Shown here piece by piece: positions 56,785-64,000 of a DNA stretch of 64,000 nt; within the stretch, counting starts at the first letter, position 1, and the number at the start of each line of letters is the position of its first letter. The notes beneath the pieces are model-generated. The model was not told where the DNA came from and ran no database searches. It was given only the letters and a program-made list of their open reading frames with translations. The DNA comes from an uncultured Candidatus Saccharibacteria bacterium (GTDB lineage: Bacteria > Patescibacteriota > Minisyncoccia > Phycocordibacterales > UBA918). The stretch lies in contig CAYGJY010000002.1 of NCBI GenBank assembly GCA_964350645.1, positions 33,538 through 97,537 on the forward strand. Direction: 5' to 3'. The position numbers were made by a program, and so were the translations under genes.

Positions 56785-58539
56785 CTACTCGCCAATAAAG
56801 CCCCCAACCTGACTGTCCCACAACTCGGCATATTGTCCTTTCTGAGCAAGTAATTCTTTATGCGTACCATCCTCAACAATCTCACCGTTTTCAAACACAA
56901 TAATGCGATCCATACGTTGAATCGTCGACAGACGGTGTGCAATCACGATCGCTGTTTTCCCTTCTACTAGTTTCCAGAGTGCGTCCTGAATCTTTTCTTC
57001 CGCAACTGAGTCAAGGGCTGACGTCGCTTCGTCGAGCATAATGATCGGCGCATCTTTCAGCATAGCGCGCGCAATCGCCACCCGCTGGCGTTCGCCACCT
57101 GAGAGCTTCACCCCGCGCTCTCCTACCAGCGTGTTGTACCCTTGGGGCAACTTCATAATGAATTCATGGGCATGGGCTTTTTTAGCCACTGCTGCAATCT
57201 CTTTTTGAGTAGCACCCGGTTTCCCATATGCGATATTTTCTTTAATACTGCGATGAAACAAGAGTGGCTCTTGGGGCACGTAGGCAATTTTTTTACGCAG
57301 CTCATCTTGCAGTACTTTAGTAATATCTTGGTCATCGATAGCAATTAGACCACTATCGATATCACGAAAGCGCAGTAGTAACTTGGTAATAGTTGTCTTT
57401 CCAGCACCAGAATGTCCTACCAAAGCCACCCGTTGCCCAGCCGGGATACTAAAACCAAGACCAGAAAAAACCTTTGTTTCTGCTCCGTAGGTAAAGTGGA
57501 CATCAGAAAACTCAATTGCACCAGATTTCATCCGCACTGGTTCTGGTCGTTCAGGATCGCGCACACCAGTCTCTTGATCGAGCAGCTCTACCATCTCGTC
57601 AGCGTCAGTTAGAGCTGAAGTCACCCGAACAACATTCTTACTAATCTGCCAGACAACGTTAAAACTCGTGATGGCATAAATCTGCATTAAGACAATCGTG
57701 CCAGCGGTGATAGATCCACTTAGCCACAACCACACAGAAACAGCCATAAAAATCCAAACGAACAGATCAATATTTATTCCTTGCCAAAGCCCATTCCAAA
57801 ACCCTTCCTGCATCCAGGCAGTACGGCGTTTTTCTTCTTGAAATTTAGTCGTTTTTCTAAATTGTTTTTCTTCCCACACTCGTGAGCCAAACATTTTTAC
57901 CGTAAAGAAATTAGAAATAATATCCGAGTAGTGGCCAGTGACTTTGGTGTCAGCCGCAGCGTTTGCAAGACTCTTAGGAATCTGATATCGGATCAGGATT
58001 GCCACCATCCCAATATAGGTCACCAACCACCCGAAAAATAACCAGCCGAGCCATGTTTCGACGTAAAACAAAACTGCTAAAGAAGAGCCCAGACTAATAA
58101 ATCCAAACCATAAAGAATACACAAACTGATCATGCAAGGTTTCAAATGAAGATACAAATCGTTTAGTTTTAGCAATTAGGCTGCCGGTAAACGTGTTGGT
58201 AAAAAAGGTGTATGAATGGTTTTGTAGTTTCTCGAGGGCATAATTACTTAACTCTTCTTCGATCTTCGACTGTGATTTAATAATAAAATAATCACCAATT
58301 CGGAACACAAGGTTCATAAAAATAAATGCCCCAGCCAAGTACAGTATCAACGTCCACAATTGATCCGCTGCATCTACTGGAGCAGTAGCAGTCACATCAA
58401 TAATTCCTTTATAGATTAAAGAAACAACCGCAATATCTACAATCTTACCGAGTGCATACGCCAGCAAGATCCAGATCTGGGCCCATTTGTACTTAACAAT
58501 AAATTGCCAGTAATGTCTGAAGATGGAGCGGTAATTCAT
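56785..58539 (-). CDS. ABC exporter, fused permease/ATPase
   Basis: GHSGAGKTT, LSGGERQR, LDEATSALD, IAHRLST. Confidence 0.95.
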   Translation of the reverse strand: MNYRSIFRHYWQFIVKYKWAQIWILLAYALGKIVDIAVVSLIYKGIIDVTATAPVDAADQLWTLILYLAGAFIFMNLVFRIGDYFIIKSQSKIEEELSNYALEKLQNHSYTFFTNTFTGSLIAKTKRFVSSFETLHDQFVYSLWFGFISLGSSLAVLFYVETWLGWLFFGWLVTYIGMVAILIRYQIPKSLANAAADTKVTGHYSDIISNFFTVKMFGSRVWEEKQFRKTTKFQEEKRRTAWMQEGFWNGLWQGINIDLFVWIFMAVSVWLWLSGSITAGTIVLMQIYAITSFNVVWQISKNVVRVTSALTDADEMVELLDQETGVRDPERPEPVRMKSGAIEFSDVHFTYGAETKVFSGLGFSIPAGQRVALVGHSGAGKTTITKLLLRFRDIDSGLIAIDDQDITKVLQDELRKKIAYVPQEPLLFHRSIKENIAYGKPGATQKEIAAVAKKAHAHEFIMKLPQGYNTLVGERGVKLSGGERQRVAIARAMLKDAPIIMLDEATSALDSVAEEKIQDALWKLVEGKTAIVIAHRLSTIQRMDRIIVFENGEIVEDGTHKELLAQKGQYAELWDSQVGGFIGE

Positions 58540-58603
58540 TACTGATTAGAATATCATATGAAAAGGTGGACGGGGCCAAAGGCCCCGTCCACCTTTTCTG
58601 CTT

Positions 58604-59308
58604 CTACCGTAACGTTAAACACCACTTCTCCAACGCCAAATCAATATCAACCACTCCCCCATGGCCGTCGTGGTAGGCGGTGAGCAAGCTGCGAGATAGA
58701 TGTTCGAGTTCGCCGTCTTTAAAGGTGCTGAGTGAGCGCTTGGCTTTATTGTAGGGAAAATCTTTCATACCCGCTTCAGCCGCATTCTTCGTACTAGCAG
58801 CGAGTCGCAGACTTTTGAGCTGCCACCATAGTACCCCGATAATTTCTTCGGCAGACTGACCAGCCGCTTTAGCGTCTTGCAACAAAAGCCACAGGGTTTT
58901 CTTGTCTTTCTTCGCCAGCGCATCAGCCATCGCAAACGTATTAAATCGTTCTCCAGCAACCGCCTTACACTCCTCCATCTCACTCGCATATTTTGCCCAG
59001 CGTTTTTTATCAGCTGCGAGAAGCGCCCCCTCAATCACCACAAACTGATTGACCGATTCTTTCATAGCTGTCAAACAACTTTCAACCTCAGTCGCGAATT
59101 CACTTTTGTTACTTGGGGTATCAATCAGATACAGACTCTGGCCGCCAAAGAGTGACGCGGCCCCAACCGCATCACTCAACATTCCAGGAGCAAAACTTTC
59201 AGCATCAATCGCCACCACGTCAGTATCAGCTGCCTGAAGTTCTGCCAATTTCTTAAACGCTGTCTGACGGACTGCAATGGTGTCGGTACCGTAAAAAAGA
59301 CTGATCAT
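58604..59308 (-). CDS. holA: DNA polymerase III delta subunit (short form)
   Basis: LFYGTD, SLFG, F...DA, LE.W.L; adjacent to polA. Confidence 0.75.
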   Translation of the reverse strand: MISLFYGTDTIAVRQTAFKKLAELQAADTDVVAIDAESFAPGMLSDAVGAASLFGGQSLYLIDTPSNKSEFATEVESCLTAMKESVNQFVVIEGALLAADKKRWAKYASEMEECKAVAGERFNTFAMADALAKKDKKTLWLLLQDAKAAGQSAEEIIGVLWWQLKSLRLAASTKNAAEAGMKDFPYNKAKRSLSTFKDGELEHLSRSLLTAYHDGHGGVVDIDLALEKWCLTLR

Positions 59309-59309
59309 A

Positions 59310-61718
59310 CTATGCCTGCCACGAGCTTAATTTCAACCAGTTGTCCCCGACTGATACATCAACCTTAATCGGCACGCCGTGAGTTTCTTGCCCAGCCATT
59401 ACACCTTCCATGAGCGTAACAATCTTCGGAATGTGTTTTTTGAGTTCCGTTTCTTTAATCTCAAACACGAGTTCATCGTGTACTTGGAGCAAAACACGCA
59501 CGTCATCTTTTTGCTGCTTAGCATACTTATGTACCTCGATCATTCCGATCCGCATGATGTCAGCGGCTGTTCCTTGTACCGGCGCATTGATCGCCATGCG
59601 TTCAGCAGCTGCGCGAATAAACGGTGCCCCGGACTGAATTCCCGGGAAATGTCGCTTCCGACCAAAGAGAGTTTTGGTGTAGCCATGAGTGCGCGCAAAG
59701 GCTTTGGTTTCTTCGAGATACTCAGCTAGACGAGTAAAGGTATTGAAGTAGGCATTTAAAAATTCTTGCGCTTCTTCGCGACTAGTCCCCTCACCTAAGT
59801 TACCCCGCAAAGCATTCACACCCATACCATAAAGAATCCCGAAGTTGATAACCTTGGCGTGGCGACGCATATTCTTTGTCACCTCTCCTTCGGGTACGTT
59901 GAACACTTGAGCGGCCACGCCTTGATGTACGTCAGTCCCACGCTTAAAAATATCAATTAGTTTTGAGTCTTCTGATAAGATCGCTGCGATTCGCAGCTCG
60001 ATTTGAGAGTAGTCAATCGCCACCAGCTGATAGCCAGGGGCCGCCACAAAACCTTTGCGAATCGCGCGACCTTCCTCACTACGTACTGGGATGTTTTGTA
60101 AACCCGGATTTTGGCTGGCCATCCGGCCAGTAGCCGCTCCAGTTTGAATAAACGTGGTGCGTAATCGACCGTCATCGCTCACCATCTCGGGCAGATTATC
60201 AATATACGTAGAAAGTAGTTTTTGTAACTCACGGTAGCGCAAAATATCTTTGATGATTGGATGATCATCCACCATCTTCTCGAGCTCACTCTCACGAGTT
60301 GAGCGTTGCCCACCAGCTGTCTTCTTTGCGTTTTTTGGTTTCAATGCAAGCGTATCAAACAATATCTCTCCCATCTGTTTCGGAGAATTAATATTGAACT
60401 CAACCCCGGCATGAGTGTAAATACTTTTTTCTAGTTTAGTGAGTTCCTGATGTAAAGTTTTTGACAAGCTTTTCAAGTAAGTCGTATCCAAGAGGACCCC
60501 CGTCGCATTAATATCCTCAATCACCGCCAGTAGCGGTTCTTCAATCGTCGTAAACAACTCCCACAAATCTTCAGCTTTGAGTTTAGCTTCCAAGGTCTTA
60601 GTGATCTCAGCGAAATCAGTCGTTGAAAAATACGACCGTCCATAATCAACAATGTCATCAAACGACGGATTGGTACGTTCACTTTCATACAGCCACAACA
60701 TCACAGCTGCGCGTCGCAACGCTACGTCACTCACACCACTACTTGCTTGATCAACTGATACTTCTTCGTCGATATCAAGGAGATGCTTCATGCGGGCTGC
60801 GAGGGTGCGGAACCCAAGCTCGCTAAACAAATTTAAAATCATTTCACTATCAAGGTTCTCTCGCCAGGTAGTTTTTGGAAAAGTAAACGTCACCGGAGCA
60901 TCGATGCGAATCGTAGCAAGCATCTTGGAGAACTCAGCCTCTTCTTTATTGTCACGGAGCAAATTCACAATCCGCGGCTTGATCCCTGCAGCGGCAAATT
61001 TCTCATCAGCACTTTTCTTTTCCAGCGCAGCGTAGATTTTTTCTAAACTACCAAAGTTGGTAATGAGTTCGGTTGCAGTCTTCTCTCCAATACCAACAAT
61101 CCCCGGGATGTTGTCTGAAGTATCGCCACGTAAACCTTTATAATCAGGTACCAATTTTGGACCGAACCCGAAGCGTTCTTTCACAGTCGCTTCATCATAC
61201 ATAATGGTATCTTTGATGCCCTTCCGGAGCGTATAGACTTGCACACGTTTTTTGTCGACACATTGCAGGGTGTCCATATCCCCCGAGGCGATGACGACGT
61301 TAGTGCCTGATTCATCTTTAAGTTGATAGGCAATCGTGCCAAGCATGTCATCAGCTTCAAAACCAGGATATTCATAAATCGGAATCCCTAACGCAGCAAA
61401 GATGTCTCGTGAGCGGTTGATCTGCTGCACCAATGAGTCGTCGGTTTTACTACGACCAGCTTTGTAGTCTGCGAAGGCGTCGTGGCGATAGGTTGGTTCG
61501 GGAAGGTCAAAGCAGGCAATCACATACTCCGGCTTCAACTCCTCGACAATCTTAAGCAGCATCGCCACGACGCCATACAACGCTCCAGTTGGTTCACCAC
61601 TTGGTGAAGAGAAATCGGGCAAAGCATGGTAGGCGCGATGCAAAATCGCGTGGGCATCGAGGAGTACGACGGTTTTTTTCTCAGTAGTTTTTTTAGTTGC
61701 TTTAGTTGCTTTAGGCAT
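59310..61718 (-). CDS. polA: DNA polymerase I (5'-3' exo + polymerase, reduced 3'-5' exo region)
   Basis: LDAH...RAYHA, EADD, GD.SDNIPG, DYSQIELR, AKVINFGILYG, QVHDEL. Confidence 0.96.
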   Translation of the reverse strand: MPKATKATKKTTEKKTVVLLDAHAILHRAYHALPDFSSPSGEPTGALYGVVAMLLKIVEELKPEYVIACFDLPEPTYRHDAFADYKAGRSKTDDSLVQQINRSRDIFAALGIPIYEYPGFEADDMLGTIAYQLKDESGTNVVIASGDMDTLQCVDKKRVQVYTLRKGIKDTIMYDEATVKERFGFGPKLVPDYKGLRGDTSDNIPGIVGIGEKTATELITNFGSLEKIYAALEKKSADEKFAAAGIKPRIVNLLRDNKEEAEFSKMLATIRIDAPVTFTFPKTTWRENLDSEMILNLFSELGFRTLAARMKHLLDIDEEVSVDQASSGVSDVALRRAAVMLWLYESERTNPSFDDIVDYGRSYFSTTDFAEITKTLEAKLKAEDLWELFTTIEEPLLAVIEDINATGVLLDTTYLKSLSKTLHQELTKLEKSIYTHAGVEFNINSPKQMGEILFDTLALKPKNAKKTAGGQRSTRESELEKMVDDHPIIKDILRYRELQKLLSTYIDNLPEMVSDDGRLRTTFIQTGAATGRMASQNPGLQNIPVRSEEGRAIRKGFVAAPGYQLVAIDYSQIELRIAAILSEDSKLIDIFKRGTDVHQGVAAQVFNVPEGEVTKNMRRHAKVINFGILYGMGVNALRGNLGEGTSREEAQEFLNAYFNTFTRLAEYLEETKAFARTHGYTKTLFGRKRHFPGIQSGAPFIRAAAERMAINAPVQGTAADIMRIGMIEVHKYAKQQKDDVRVLLQVHDELVFEIKETELKKHIPKIVTLMEGVMAGQETHGVPIKVDVSVGDNWLKLSSWQA

Positions 61719-62157
61719 AACGTAATGTAATAGTCCGAGTTTCCCCAACAATTGCCATATCGAGATGCAGCGTAGTTGTCGGCAGCAAGCTCTCTATCCG
61801 CTTTGCCCACTCAATGGCAATCATAACCTCTTTTTCCTGCAGCAGTTCGTCAAACCGCAGTGGTCGCATTTCGTCAACATCTTCAATTCGATACGCATCG
61901 AGGTGAGCGAGCTGAGTAAAACGCTGGTGTTCGGTCTGATACCTTTTCATCACTACAAACGTGGGGCTGACCACCGTATCAGTGACTCCAAGAGTACGGG
62001 CCAAGACTTGCATAAAAGTGGTTTTCCCAGCGCCCAAATCACCGTGCAACGCCAAGACAGCAGCCGCCTCCGGCGGCTGCTCGGCCACCAACTCCACTAC
62101 CCGCTTAGCAACCGGTTCTAGTTCTGCCTCGGTCGAAATTATATGCGTCTCTGTCAT
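61711..62157 (-). CDS. tsaE: tRNA threonylcarbamoyladenosine biosynthesis ATPase
   Basis: GDLGAGKTT, SPTF, HLDAYR, IEW. Confidence 0.95.
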   Translation of the reverse strand: MTETHIISTEAELEPVAKRVVELVAEQPPEAAAVLALHGDLGAGKTTFMQVLARTLGVTDTVVSPTFVVMKRYQTEHQRFTQLAHLDAYRIEDVDEMRPLRFDELLQEKEVMIAIEWAKRIESLLPTTTLHLDMAIVGETRTITLRYA

Positions 62158-62267
62158 AAAAAGCATTGTACCGCGAAAAACAAAAAACCGCCCGAAAGCA
62201 AGTTTCAAGCGATTGGTGAGTAAAGAGCGATGGTCATCGCGCGGGCCCGCTGGGCCCGCGCTTTCAT

Positions 62268-62642
62268 TTAGGGACGACGCGGCAAGCAATCGTAATGTTT
62301 CATGCCGAACCCACGATTACCGCGGAAGCGGCACTTCAAGGGGATATCGTCAGCTACCCCTACGCGCGCCATAAAAGCGCCGAAAGACACCTCCCTTGGA
62401 ACGCAAAGAATTGCCTTCTCCCACTTTTTAGGAGCAGGCGCATAGAAGCGCCGGCAGACAAAACCGCCTTCCTCCAAAGAGCTCACCGGTGCTGGATATG
62501 TCTGACCATTGTCATAGAAGACAGCGGTCGACAAATCTAGGTTAGGTGCAGCTCCCGCGGTAATCGGTGGAGCAGAAACACAGCCGGAGAGAACTCCGGC
62601 GAAAAACAGGACCACAATGGCCCGAACAAAATATAGGGTCAT
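62268..62642 (-). CDS. orphan lipoprotein
   Basis: lipobox LSGC, four more Cys; AAGGAGG SD; TTGACT-17-TATAAA promoter upstream. Confidence 0.65.
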   Translation of the reverse strand: MTLYFVRAIVVLFFAGVLSGCVSAPPITAGAAPNLDLSTAVFYDNGQTYPAPVSSLEEGGFVCRRFYAPAPKKWEKAILCVPREVSFGAFMARVGVADDIPLKCRFRGNRGFGMKHYDCLPRRP

Positions 62643-62706
62643 AACAGCCCTCCTTTCTGCTTATTTTATAACATGAAAATTGTATATAGTCAATGTGTGT
62701 GACTTC

Positions 62707-62755
62707 GGGTGGGGGGGGGGGGGGGGGGGGGGGGCCCCCCCCCCCCCCCCCACCC
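62707..62755. repeat. G24-C17 homopolymer palindrome
   Basis: gggt + 24 G (62711-62734) + 17 C (62735-62751) + accc. Confidence 0.9.
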
Positions 62756-62774
62756 TGCTACAATAGAGCTATCT

Positions 62775-64000
62775 ATGACGCACTTTGATGATACCTTCGG
62801 AGATGATCGCTTAGCGGAACTCCGTCGCAAAGAAGAAGAAACACTCATCCAGCAACTCTCAGTTCAGTACGGGATTCCCTTTGTCGACCTGCAGGGCATC
62901 ACTATCAATCCATCGGCGCTCCAAAAACTCAGTGAAGAAAAAGCTCGCGAGGCTAAGTGCGCTCCCTTTGAACTCCAAAATAAAAAACTCTCTGTTGCTA
63001 TCCGTAACCCCAACAACCCTAACACCAAAGTTGTCTTGACTGAGTTGGCAGCCAATGGCTTTACCCTCAATGTCTTCATGACCTCAACGGTCAGTCTCGA
63101 ACATGCCTGGAAACGTTACAAAGATCAGAAGGATACGGTGGCCGTTAAAAAAGGCGTTCTCGATATCGATCCAGACGAAATCATTCGTCTCATGAAACGA
63201 TTTGTGAATGTTGAAAATGTTTCCGAGCACATCTTAGAAATTCGCACCCTTAATTCTGCTCGCCGCGTATCAGCTACTCTTGAAGCTGCCTTTGCTGGTG
63301 CTCTTGCCCTTGGTGCCTCTGACATCCATATCGAACCAGAAGAAACCGCTGTCCGCATGCGCTACCGTCTTGATGGTGTTTTACACGACGTCATTGACCT
63401 TGATCGCACTATTTATGAACGACTCATCTCACGCCTCAAACTACTCTCTGGCGTTGTACTCAACATACACAACCAAGCCCAAGACGGTCGTTTTACCTTC
63501 GACGTCGGTGAACGTGATGTTGAAGTGCGTTCCTCAATTATTCCCGGTGCTTCTGGTGAATCAATGGTAATGCGGCTCCTCGATCCATCCGTGGCCAGTT
63601 TCTCAATGGACAGTCTTGGTTTAAATGAAACGGTCAGCAAGATCATGGAACACGAACTGACAAAACCAAACGGCATGATCATAACCACAGGACCAACTGG
63701 CTCCGGTAAGACCACTGCGCTTTACGCTTTTCTACAAAAAGTACACACCGAAGGCACTAAGATCATCACGCTCGAAAACCCGGTTGAATATAAACTCGAA
63801 GGAATCGTCCAAACCCAAATTGGTGAGGACTACACCTTTTCTTCTGGACTGCGTTCGATCCTCCGCCAAGACCCTGATGTGATTATGGTAGGTGAAATTC
63901 GAGATCGTGAAGTAGCTGAAACGGCCGTGCATGCTGCCCAGACCGGACACTTAGTGTTCTCAACTCTTCATACCAATAGTGCCGTAGGAGCCTTCCCTCG
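62775..64000 (+). CDS. pilB: type IV pilus/T2SS assembly ATPase PilB/GspE (runs off window)
   Basis: Not in ORF track. ASDIHIEP, R.RLDGVL, QDGRF, TGPTGSGKTT, LRQDPDVIMVGEIRD, TGHLVFSTLHTN. Confidence 0.92.
   Translation, partial: MTHFDDTFGDDRLAELRRKEEETLIQQLSVQYGIPFVDLQGITINPSALQKLSEEKAREAKCAPFELQNKKLSVAIRNPNNPNTKVVLTELAANGFTLNVFMTSTVSLEHAWKRYKDQKDTVAVKKGVLDIDPDEIIRLMKRFVNVENVSEHILEIRTLNSARRVSATLEAAFAGALALGASDIHIEPEETAVRMRYRLDGVLHDVIDLDRTIYERLISRLKLLSGVVLNIHNQAQDGRFTFDVGERDVEVRSSIIPGASGESMVMRLLDPSVASFSMDSLGLNETVSKIMEHELTKPNGMIITTGPTGSGKTTALYAFLQKVHTEGTKIITLENPVEYKLEGIVQTQIGEDYTFSSGLRSILRQDPDVIMVGEIRDREVAETAVHAAQTGHLVFSTLHTNSAVGAFP

Noticed and set aside
1-64000. Alternative genetic code (UGA = Gly, as in Gracilibacteria/SR1)
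   Set aside because: Conserved genes are full length in code 11 and TGA is used as a real stop (e.g. acylphosphatase)

Overview
A gene-dense 64-kb bacterial segment in genetic code 11. It is most consistent with a Patescibacteria/CPR (Parcubacteria-like) genome; this is inferred from gene content and compact, mostly leaderless gene architecture. It holds about 75 CDSs and 7 tRNAs, with no rRNA, CRISPR array, transposase or integrase. The left end (1-7063) is a thymidylate/folate cluster: glyA, MazG-like pyrophosphatase, tmk, dCMP-type deaminase, ThyA homolog, Dcd homolog, folA, and folB / CofE-like-FolK fusion / folP. The ThyA homolog has Asp at the dUMP-specifying Asn position (RSNDMMLGNPAD), the known signature of dCMP-specific enzymes, and the Dcd homolog lacks its usual catalytic Glu. 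Together these suggest dTTP is made via 5-methyl-dCMP rather than dUMP, which is the strongest candidate system here. Other points: a Chlamydia-type class Ic ribonucleotide reductase with a ~300-nt structured leader; a small cassette-like island with repeated scars behind tRNA-His; a light/redox-stress gene block; a doubly frameshifted GH3; a voltage-sensor channel lacking the TVGYG filter; tRNA-Arg(GCG); type IV pilus genes; and many long GC-rich hairpins with 3-nt loops. All functional calls come from motif recognition by eye; no database searches were run.
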